Shown: positions 1-8,026 of the stretch, piece after piece | Layout: every line of letters begins with the position of its first letter | Position numbering within the stretch: the stretch's first letter is position 1 | Assembly (NCBI GenBank): GCA_965222375.1 | Contig: CBDCTZ010000016.1 | Location: 704,001-768,000, forward strand | From: Polyangiaceae bacterium | GTDB taxonomy: Bacteria > Myxococcota_A > Polyangia > Polyangiales > Polyangiaceae | Length of the DNA: 64,000 nucleotides | Direction: 5' to 3' | Translations under genes and position numbers: made by a program | Notes under the pieces: generated by a model | What the model was told of the DNA's origin: nothing | Database searches by the model: none | What the model saw: only the letters and a program-made list of their open reading frames with translations

Positions 1-1762
1 CCGGTGTGGGCCAGGTGCACTCCTTCTTGCCGCTGGGACACGCGCCGCAAACGCCCTCGGTGCATGTCGTGCCGGGGCACTCCTTGACGCAGCTGCCACA
101 GTGCTTGCCGTCCGTCGCCAGATTGGTGCAAACGCCGGGTTTCGTCTTGTCTTTGTTCGGGCAGAACAGCGACCCAGCTGGGCACTCGCACTGCCCGTTG
201 GTGCACTTCGAACCCGCGGGGCACTTGATGTCGCAGCCACCGCAGTTGTTCGCGTCGTTCAGAATACCGCGGCACGCACTCTTGCTGGTGGCCTTGTCGT
301 AACAGATGGCCTGACCTGAAGCAGCACATTCGCAAGTCCCCTCGTCGTTGCAGACGGCGCCAGCCTGGTTGGTGCAGACTGCACCCTTCTTGCCGTTGCA
401 CCTGCCGCCGCAGCCATCCACTGCGCCGCACCATTTGCCGGTGCAGTTGGGCGTGCACGGCGAGCACATCTTTGTCTTCGTGTCGCAGGTCCCACCCTTG
501 GCGACGCAATCGACACATTGCACAGCGCCCGTCCCGCACTGGCTCGGCAGATTGCCTGCCACGCATTTCCCACCCCCAAACGGGCCGCCCTGGGAATAGT
601 CGCAGCAACCGCTCTCACACTCCCAGGGGTCGCAGAAGTCGCCGGAGGAGCACATCGCGCCGCCGTCGGGCTTAAGCGTGCAGGTCGCCGGGCCGAAGGC
701 TTGGTCACAGCCGGCGTTGGGGCACAGCTTCCCGCAGCCGTCAGCGCGACACTCGGGATACTGAGGATCACTGAAGAGCGGACAGGAAGCGCCACACGCT
801 CCACACGCCCACTTGTAGGGCCAGAAGTTCCCCTGCCTGTTGCAGGCCTGAGGGCCGCAATCCGAGCAAGCCTGACCACCGCTGCCGCATTCGTTTCGCT
901 TCGAGCCAGTCACGCACGTTCCGTCCGCCGTGCAGCAGCCGTTCGGGCAGGTGGATGGCCCGCATTTCAAGCACTGAGCCAGCTGCTTGCTGTGCCCAAC
1001 CCCGCAGAACTCGCCTTTCGCGCAGTCGACCTTGCACACGCCACCGCAGCCGTCCGCGTCGCCGCACTTCTTGCCGGTGCACTGGGGCTTGCACTCCGCG
1101 CACTTGCCGTATTTGCACACACTGCCGTTGGCACTGCAGTCCACACAGCTCGCGCCCTTGCTACCGCAAGTCGTCTTGTCCTGCGCTGCAGACACCACAC
1201 ACTTGCCATTGCTGTCACAGCAACCACTGGCGCAGTTCGCCTGACTGCACGGGCCGCCACCGCCCCCGGTGCCGCTGAAGCCCCCGGTATTGCTAAAGCC
1301 GCCGGTATTGCTAAAGCCGCCCGACCCAGTGATCTTGCAACCTGCGTTGCAGAGCTGGTTGGCGATGCCCATGCACAGGTCATCCCAGCCCGCTTGGCAG
1401 CAGAAGGGGTCCTGGGCGCACACCTTGGTGACGCAGGGGTCACAGCCTGAAGCGAGGGGCGCCCCTTGGGCACACACGCCGTGAGCGCAGGTGCCCGTGG
1501 TCCCACCAGTGCCCACTGCGCCGGTGCCTCCGGTCGCCAACCCGCCACTGCCGCCACCTGCTCCGCTACCGCCAACTCCCGCAGTGGCGCTAACGCCAGC
1601 GCTCGCCCCGGTTCCCCAAATGGCGCCGCCAGTTGCCGCGCCGCCGTCCACGCCTACGCCCGCGGCGCCCGCTTGGCCGCCCCCGTCGCCACTGTCCCCG
1701 CCGCAGGCAAAAAATACTGAAAATGCAAGCGCTCCAACGAGCGCAATGACGCGTCGGTCCAT
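1..1762 (-). CDS. Cys-rich, Gly-linker lipoprotein (3' end outside the window)
   Basis: Hand translation from ATG at 1762: MDRRVIALVGALAFSVFFAC (lipobox), Gly/Ser/Thr linker, then dense Cys repeats (CDPCVTKVCAQDPFCC, CTGKKCGDADGCGGVC). The same frame reads CPGTTCTEGVCGACPSGKKECTWPTP at base 1. It is missing from the ORF track, consistent with no stop in the window. Confidence 0.85.
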   Translation of the reverse strand, partial: MDRRVIALVGALAFSVFFACGGDSGDGGGQAGAAGVGVDGGAATGGAIWGTGASAGVSATAGVGGSGAGGGSGGLATGGTGAVGTGGTTGTCAHGVCAQGAPLASGCDPCVTKVCAQDPFCCQAGWDDLCMGIANQLCNAGCKITGSGGFSNTGGFSNTGGFSGTGGGGGPCSQANCASGCCDSNGKCVVSAAQDKTTCGSKGASCVDCSANGSVCKYGKCAECKPQCTGKKCGDADGCGGVCKVDCAKGEFCGVGHSKQLAQCLKCGPSTCPNGCCTADGTCVTGSKRNECGSGGQACSDCGPQACNRQGNFWPYKWACGACGASCPLFSDPQYPECRADGCGKLCPNAGCDQAFGPATCTLKPDGGAMCSSGDFCDPWECESGCCDYSQGGPFGGGKCVAGNLPSQCGTGAVQCVDCVAKGGTCDTKTKMCSPCTPNCTGKWCGAVDGCGGRCNGKKGAVCTNQAGAVCNDEGTCECAASGQAICYDKATSKSACRGILNDANNCGGCDIKCPAGSKCTNGQCECPAGSLFCPNKDKTKPGVCTNLATDGKHCGSCVKECPGTTCTEGVCGACPSGKKECTWPTP

Positions 1763-2039
1763 GGAAATTGTCTCCCCAGCGGAAGCGCCCGAGGCGGCTC
1801 CCGCTTGCCCAGCAATCTGAGTGTGCTCTGTAGGTGCGCCGGTGCCCGACAGCGTTCATGTGGGATAGACAAAAGTCAGCTGCGGGTCGCAAATGACCCG
1901 CGTCGAGTCGCGGCCATGCCACGGCCGAGCCCGGGCTCAGCACTCGTCGGGAGCGAGCAAGTCTCCCGGGCGGACTCGAGTCAGGCCTTGATGGTTTTTT
2001 TGGGGGATGTGCCGGACCTTTGCCGTTATCGACGGTTCA

Positions 2040-2291
2040 TCGCGATTCGGCGCGGGCGCATCACGGCGGAATCGAGTGGCTCTCGAGCCCGGCGGTCGCG
2101 TTCTGCCGCGGGCGCATGACGCCGGAATCGAGCAAAGCACGGGTCGCGTTCTGCCGCGGGCGCATGACGGCGGAGTTCCGCCGCAGGCGCATCACGCCGG
2201 TTCGCGTGGCTCTGGAGCACGGGGTCGCGTTCTGCCGCGGGCGAATGACCCGGAGTCGAGTGGCTCTGGAGCACGGGTCGCGTTCCGCCGC
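2040..2291. repeat. Imperfect tandem repeat, ~6 units of 33-54 bp
   Basis: Core GGTCGCGTTCTGCCGCGGGCG(C/A)ATGAC at 2094, 2142 and 2223; partial or degenerate units at ~2040, ~2175 and 2276. Confidence 0.85.
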
Positions 2292-2467
2292 TGAGGAGTG
2301 ACCGCTCATGCGGATGGCTCAGCCCCCCGTGAGCGCTAGGAAACGCTACATCCGGGTGGCCGAGCACCTCAGCGTTTCGCTACCAAGCCCCTTGTTTCGA
2401 TGGCAGTTCGGTGGCTGCTAAGGCGGGGATGGATCCCTGCAAGTCGCCCCAAGAGATCCCAGGGCGG

Positions 2468-3940
2468 CTCATGATCATACACATCTCGTTGCCAAGATCT
2501 GGCAGGTGTGATCTACCGTGGGAATGGGAACAACCGAGTGGATGAGGCAGCCGATATCTGTGGAGTTTTGCGGGGCAAAGCTGGGGGATCGGCGTCGTTC
2601 GAAGCGGCTTTTGTGGTTGGCGGAAACCGTGATGGCGGCACCGGACGCCGGGTTTCCGAGAGCCACCAGCACAGCATCTGAGTTGGAGGGTGTGTATCGA
2701 TTCCTGCGCAACGAGCAGGTGAAGCCCAAGCAGGTGTTGGCGCCGCACATTCGTGCGACGGTGGAGCGGGTAAAGGCGGCGGGTCCGTGCCTGGTAGTGC
2801 ATGACACCACTGAGGTGACCGTAGGAGGCAAGAGCAAACGGGCCGGGTTGGGGCCGACATCGAGCAAGGCGCAGGGGTTCTTCGCTCACACTGCCCTGGC
2901 GGTACTGCCCGGCGAATCGCGTGTTCCCCTTGGCGTGCTCGACCTGCGCCACTGGGCCAGAACCGAGCACAAGGGCGGGCGGGGACGTCACTCACGGGAC
3001 AAGCGCGAGGACTCGGAGAGGGAGTCTTTGCGCTGGCCCGCGATGCTCGAGACAGTCCATGTCCGCTGTGCAGGCGCCGAGGTCGTGCACGTGATGGACC
3101 GTGAAGCGGACATCTACGAAGTGATTGCGAAGGCGCAAGAACTCGGTGCTCGATTCGTGATCCGGTCCTCACAGGACCGAGCCACGGATGACGACGACGA
3201 CATCGTCCGTCTGCGAGCCGCGGTGGAACAGCTCGAGCCCCGTGTTTTTCGGAAGATCTTCATCTCAAAGCGGCCGGAAACCTGCATGACTCGCTCCGCC
3301 AAGACGCATCCTCCACGCAATGCTCGAGAGGTAGAAGTCGCGATGGCGGCAAGAACGGTCACTGTCCTACGGCCTCAGGGATGCCGCACGGGTCCTGCCG
3401 CCATCGAGCTGAACGTGGTGCGCGTCTGGGAGCCGAGCCCAGCAGAGAACGAGCCCCCCGTCGAGTGGGTGCTTCTGACCACGGAAGCGATCGACACCGA
3501 CGAGGACATCGAACGAGTGGTCGACACCTATCGCAGCCGATGGGTCATCGAGGAATTCTTCAAGACCCTCAAGCAGGGTTGCTCCCTCGAGAAACGGCAA
3601 CTCGAGTCCTACCACGCGCTGAGCAACGCCCTGGCGGTGTTCCTTCCCGTCGCTTGGCGCTTGCTTCTGATGCGCTCGCTCGTGCGCGAAGCGCCAGAAC
3701 TCCCGGCGCGAGCAGTCCTGACCCCGATACAGCTGCAGCTACTGCAACTGAAACTGAAGCTGCCCTCACTCCCACAGACAGTGCAAGAAGCGCTCTACGC
3801 AGTCGCCCGGGTGGGTGGCCACCTCAGAAACAACGGACTGCCGGGTTGGCAGACTCTCGGTCGCGGATACTTCAAACTCCTCGACTACGAGATCGGCTTC
3901 CAGTTCGCACAAGCCCTGTTGAGATCTGATCAATCATGAG
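2468..3940 (+). mobile_element. IS4-family (IS50/Tn5-like) insertion sequence, copy 1, 1473 bp
   Basis: 19-bp ends CTCATGATCATACACATCT and (reverse complement) CTCATGATTGATCAGATCT enclose the transposase; sequence shared with copy 2 covers these limits. Confidence 0.95.
2518..3939 (+). CDS. tnp: IS4 family Tn5-like DDE transposase
   Basis: 473 aa; LGDRRRSKRL N-terminal motif, DDE residues in VHDTTE / VMDREAD / YRSRWVIEEFFKTLK (YREK signature). Confidence 0.95.
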   Translation: MGMGTTEWMRQPISVEFCGAKLGDRRRSKRLLWLAETVMAAPDAGFPRATSTASELEGVYRFLRNEQVKPKQVLAPHIRATVERVKAAGPCLVVHDTTEVTVGGKSKRAGLGPTSSKAQGFFAHTALAVLPGESRVPLGVLDLRHWARTEHKGGRGRHSRDKREDSERESLRWPAMLETVHVRCAGAEVVHVMDREADIYEVIAKAQELGARFVIRSSQDRATDDDDDIVRLRAAVEQLEPRVFRKIFISKRPETCMTRSAKTHPPRNAREVEVAMAARTVTVLRPQGCRTGPAAIELNVVRVWEPSPAENEPPVEWVLLTTEAIDTDEDIERVVDTYRSRWVIEEFFKTLKQGCSLEKRQLESYHALSNALAVFLPVAWRLLLMRSLVREAPELPARAVLTPIQLQLLQLKLKLPSLPQTVQEALYAVARVGGHLRNNGLPGWQTLGRGYFKLLDYEIGFQFAQALLRSDQS

Positions 3941-4000
3941 CCTTGGGGGGGCCCGCCACCTTCGCACCTCCGCCGGGCGCCGGCGCCGTCGTTGTCAGCG
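3941..4000. repeat. Left arm of ~60-bp imperfect inverted repeat flanking the HNH gene
   Basis: GGGGCCCGCCACCTTCGCACCTCCGCCGGGCGCCGGCGCCGTCGTTGTCAGC aligns with the reverse complement of 6050-6108. Confidence 0.85.
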
Positions 4001-4292
4001 ATACACACGGTCTGCGGTCGACGTTGAGCGTGGAGTTTTCAACAGCGTCGCCTGACTTTGCCGAGAGGTGACATTTTCACTTTGCTTTGACATTCTCAAG
4101 AAACTTGTTGACAGGTTTTCGCGGCACATCGCGCGAGCTATCGCGGCCTGAAGCTAGGTGCGCCATTGCGGCGCCGGGTCGACCCCTACGCGCGCTTTCG
4201 GCCGCGAGACGGCGCGCGCGCCGATCGGCACGCCGTTCGCCATGCAGTGCGCGACCTCAGAGGCCGAAAAATCGCATGTTACGCCCGTAAGC

Positions 4293-5900
4293 ATGACATT
4301 CAACACGTGCTGCATTTCGAAGCGAGTTGCTCAACTCTCTGACAACGAAGTCCTGGACCAACTCAACATAGTGATTGGCTCACGGCGCCAGATCACGGCA
4401 GAGCTCGTCGCCTATCTCGGCGAAGTGGAAGCACGCCGACTCGAGCTGCGGGAAGCCTACTCATCGATGCACGACTTCTGCTGTCGCGGACTGCGCTTGA
4501 GCGAAGGCAGCGCGCACCGACACCTCGTAGGAGCTCGGACAGCGCGGGAGTTCCCGGTCGTTTTAGAGCTTCTGCGCGATGGGCGCATTCACCTTACTGG
4601 GCTGGCGATGCTCTCGAAGTATCTCACGGCCGAAAACCACGTCGAGCTGCTCGCGGAGGCTTGCGGTCGGAGCAAAGCAGAGCTGGAGCTCCTGATCCGT
4701 TCGCGGTTTCCGAAACCTGACGTGCCGGATGCGATCTGCCCGATGCCGGTACGAGCCACGCATGCGGGGGACTCAGACCACGTCCAAGGGGACTTGCACC
4801 GGGGAAAGACCGGTCCTGCCGAAACACACGCCCCAGCGACTCGGCCTCGTGTGTCGCCCCTTTCTGCCGAGCGATTCGCGATCCAGTTCTCCGCCGGGTC
4901 GGAGCTCAAGGCCAAGCTGGAGCGCGCGCTCAACCTGACGAGTCATCAGAATCCGAAACGAGAGCTGGCGACGGTCATCGAGAAAGGGCTCGACCTGCTC
5001 TTGGCCGACCTGGAGAAGAAGAAGCTCGGCAAGACCGACAAGCCACGGCGGTCGCGAGGCACGAAACCGGGCGACTTTTCGCGTCGGGACCGGCGCGAGA
5101 TCTTCGAGCGTGACGGTGAGCAGTGCACCTACGTTTCGCCGAGCGGGCAACGTTGCCAAGCGCTGGCATTCCTGGAGCTCGACCACCGAACGGCTCGAGC
5201 ACTTGGCGGTCAGGGCACGGCCCGTAACGGGCGCGTGCTGTGCCGTCACCACAATGCCTACGAAGCGGAGAAGGTGTTCGGGCGAAAATTCATCGAGAGT
5301 AGAATTCACTTTCGCCAGCGAAGGTTGGAATCCGCAACGGCGCCTGCGTTCGCAGGCAGCCAGGCCAGCGGCGTCGAACCTGCGAGCATTGCCGCAGCTG
5401 CGAAGTCCCATGCGCCCGACAAGGCGCCAAGCCACGACCCTGCGTCGCCGGCAGGGGTCGCCGCAGCTGCGAAGTTCCATGCGCCCGACAAGGCGCCGAG
5501 CCAGGACCTTGCATCGCCCACAGGCGTCGCCGCGGCCGCGAAGTTCCATGCGCCCGACAGGAAGCGAAGCCCGGACCCTACGTTGCCGACGCCTCCTGCG
5601 ACGTCAACGATGGCCGCGCAGCACCTCGACACCGTCACAACCACCGAAGAAGACCCTGGGACCCCAGTCGAGACTGAAACGCTGGGTCCCACCGGGCACG
5701 CCAGAACCGACCAGGAGGTAAACTCGCCCGTGGAAGTGAGCCGTATGCTCTTCGGAGCGCTCATGAACATGGGCTTTCGGCGCGCCGAGGCACGACGCGC
5801 AGTGTCAGCCTTGCCAGTGCAGCAGGTAGTCGCCCGCGAGCCTCGCCGTGGAGCGTTCGAGGCATTGGTGCGACAGGCACTCTCGATTCTCGTGCCATGA
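4293..5900 (+). CDS. HNH endonuclease (DUF222-like N-terminus) with RuvA C-terminal-like tail
   Basis: RREIFERDGEQCTY..RC....LELDH......GG....N.RVLCRHHN HNH/zinc motif; C-terminal GALMNMGFRRAEARRAV...EALVRQAL. The start at ATG 4293 is my choice; the ORF is open from 4158. Confidence 0.85.
   Translation: MTFNTCCISKRVAQLSDNEVLDQLNIVIGSRRQITAELVAYLGEVEARRLELREAYSSMHDFCCRGLRLSEGSAHRHLVGARTAREFPVVLELLRDGRIHLTGLAMLSKYLTAENHVELLAEACGRSKAELELLIRSRFPKPDVPDAICPMPVRATHAGDSDHVQGDLHRGKTGPAETHAPATRPRVSPLSAERFAIQFSAGSELKAKLERALNLTSHQNPKRELATVIEKGLDLLLADLEKKKLGKTDKPRRSRGTKPGDFSRRDRREIFERDGEQCTYVSPSGQRCQALAFLELDHRTARALGGQGTARNGRVLCRHHNAYEAEKVFGRKFIESRIHFRQRRLESATAPAFAGSQASGVEPASIAAAAKSHAPDKAPSHDPASPAGVAAAAKFHAPDKAPSQDLASPTGVAAAAKFHAPDRKRSPDPTLPTPPATSTMAAQHLDTVTTTEEDPGTPVETETLGPTGHARTDQEVNSPVEVSRMLFGALMNMGFRRAEARRAVSALPVQQVVAREPRRGAFEALVRQALSILVP
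5391..5580 (+). repeat. 69-bp (23-aa) tandem repeat x3 within the HNH gene linker
   Basis: GCCGC(A/G)GC(T/C)GCGAAGT.CCATGCGCCCGACA at 5391, 5460 and 5529 (AAAAK.HAPD). Confidence 0.9.
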
Positions 5901-6049
5901 TCGATGCACGAGCTCGCGAAGCCGCACCGAGAACTGCAGTTGTTCCTCCCTCCGAACAAACACGATTGGCGACCAGCCCCCCTCTCGTGAGACATGGCAA
6001 GACGGTCGCTCGGAACGATAGACTGCTGCAGTGCCGGCGCATGTCCACG

Positions 6050-6108
6050 CGTTGACAAGCGCGGCGCCGGCGCCTCGGCGGAGGTGCGGATGTGGCGGGC
6101 CCCAAAGG
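6050..6108. repeat. Right arm of ~60-bp imperfect inverted repeat flanking the HNH gene
   Basis: GTTGACAAGCGCGGCGCCGGCGCCTCGGCGGAGGTGCGGATGTGGCGGGCCCCAAAGG pairs with 3941-4000. Confidence 0.85.
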
Positions 6109-6213
6109 CCCGCCCGCACCGCAGCCCTCACCAGACCAGACGACGCCGGTCGCCGGCGCGTTCTACGCAACTCAGCATTGCGGTCGTCCGACAAGTTGTC
6201 CCACCCGGGGTGG

Positions 6214-7686
6214 CTCATGATTGATCAGATCTCAACAGGGCTTGTGCGAACTGGAAGCCGATCTCGTAGTCGAGGAGTTTGAAGTATCCGCGACCGAGAG
6301 TCTGCCAACCCGGCAGTCCGTTGTTTCTGAGGTGGCCACCCACCCGGGCGACTGCGTAGAGCGCTTCTTGCACTGTCTGTGGGAGTGAGGGCAGCTTCAG
6401 TTTCAGTTGCAGTAGCTGCAGCTGTATCGGGGTCAGGACTGCTCGCGCCGGGAGTTCTGGCGCTTCGCGCACGAGCGAGCGCATCAGAAGCAAGCGCCAA
6501 GCGACGGGAAGGAACACCGCCAGGGCGTTGCTCAGCGCGTGGTAGGACTCGAGTTGCCGTTTCTCGAGGGAGCAACCCTGCTTGAGGGTCTTGAAGAATT
6601 CCTCGATGACCCATCGGCTGCGATAGGTGTCGACCACTCGTTCGATGTCCTCGTCGGTGTCGATCGCTTCCGTGGTCAGAAGCACCCACTCGACGGGGGG
6701 CTCGTTCTCTGCTGGGCTCGGCTCCCAGACGCGCACCACGTTCAGCTCGATGGCGGCAGGACCCGTGCGGCATCCCTGAGGCCGTAGGACAGTGACCGTT
6801 CTTGCCGCCATCGCGACTTCTACCTCTCGAGCATTGCGTGGAGGATGCGTCTTGGCGGAGCGAGTCATGCAGGTTTCCGGCCGCTTTGAGATGAAGATCT
6901 TCCGAAAAACACGGGGCTCGAGCTGTTCCACCGCGGCTCGCAGACGGACGATGTCGTCGTCGTCATCCGTGGCTCGGTCCTGTGAGGACCGGATCACGAA
7001 TCGAGCACCGAGTTCTTGCGCCTTCGCAATCACTTCGTAGATGTCCGCTTCACGGTCCATCACGTGCACGACCTCGGCGCCTGCACAGCGGACATGGACT
7101 GTCTCGAGCATCGCGGGCCAGCGCAAAGACTCCCTCTCCGAGTCCTCGCGCTTGTCCCGTGAGTGACGTCCCCGCCCGCCCTTGTGCTCGGTTCTGGCCC
7201 AGTGGCGCAGGTCGAGCACGCCAAGGGGAACACGCGATTCGCCGGGCAGTACCGCCAGGGCAGTGTGAGCGAAGAACCCCTGCGCCTTGCTCGATGTCGG
7301 CCCCAACCCGGCCCGTTTGCTCTTGCCTCCTACGGTCACCTCAGTGGTGTCATGCACTACCAGGCACGGACCCGCCGCCTTTACCCGCTCCACCGTCGCA
7401 CGAATGTGCGGCGCCAACACCTGCTTGGGCTTCACCTGCTCGTTGCGCAGGAATCGATACACACCCTCCAACTCAGATGCTGTGCTGGTGGCTCTCGGAA
7501 ACCCGGCGTCCGGTGCCGCCATCACGGTTTCCGCCAACCACAAAAGCCGCTTCGAACGACGCCGATCCCCCAGCTTTGCCCCGCAAAACTCCACAGATAT
7601 CGGCTGCCTCATCCACTCGGTTGTTCCCATTCCCACGGTAGATCACACCTGCCAGATCTTGGCAACGAGATGTGTATGATCATGAG
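6214..7686 (-). mobile_element. IS4-family (IS50/Tn5-like) insertion sequence, copy 2, with 9-bp target duplication
   Basis: Same ends as copy 1, inverted; CCGGGGTGG present at both 6205-6213 and 7687-7695. Confidence 0.95.
6215..7636 (-). CDS. tnp: IS4 family Tn5-like DDE transposase (identical protein to 2518..3939)
   Basis: Identical 473-aa translation. Confidence 0.95.
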   Translation of the reverse strand: MGMGTTEWMRQPISVEFCGAKLGDRRRSKRLLWLAETVMAAPDAGFPRATSTASELEGVYRFLRNEQVKPKQVLAPHIRATVERVKAAGPCLVVHDTTEVTVGGKSKRAGLGPTSSKAQGFFAHTALAVLPGESRVPLGVLDLRHWARTEHKGGRGRHSRDKREDSERESLRWPAMLETVHVRCAGAEVVHVMDREADIYEVIAKAQELGARFVIRSSQDRATDDDDDIVRLRAAVEQLEPRVFRKIFISKRPETCMTRSAKTHPPRNAREVEVAMAARTVTVLRPQGCRTGPAAIELNVVRVWEPSPAENEPPVEWVLLTTEAIDTDEDIERVVDTYRSRWVIEEFFKTLKQGCSLEKRQLESYHALSNALAVFLPVAWRLLLMRSLVREAPELPARAVLTPIQLQLLQLKLKLPSLPQTVQEALYAVARVGGHLRNNGLPGWQTLGRGYFKLLDYEIGFQFAQALLRSDQS

Positions 7687-8026
7687 CCGGGGTGGGCCTC
7701 CGTACAAAAATCGAGCAACTGCATCTGCAATGGGCCGAACAAGTTGCCCTCCCACCCTGGGACTTTTGTGTGTGCAGTTTGTTGCAGGCACGCGTCCCTG
7801 TATCAGCCTCTCGTGATGTGGCGGGGCGGGGGGTTGCGGAGACGGGGCCTGTGTACGGCGAACACTTTTTTCCAGGCGTCGAAGCGTGCTCCTTGGGGGA
7901 GTGACGACCTGCGAGTCATTCCCGCGAGTGGTGTCCCGCGGCGAGCCGCGATGAACTGTCGATGACGCCGATGTCCGGCACATTCCCAAACCAACCAAAA
8001 CACACAGGCCGGATCGGCTAGCAACG

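Noticed and set aside
4053..4114. TGAA/TGAC-type direct repeats upstream of the HNH gene (TGAC at 4053, 4069, 4088, 4109)
   Set aside because: Irregular spacing (16, 19, 21 bp); may simply be -35-like boxes
2459..7695. Whole 5.2-kb unit inserted as one composite transposon
   Set aside because: Outer flanks CCAGGGCGG and CCGGGGTGG differ at 2 of 9 bases, and copy 2 has its own perfect duplication
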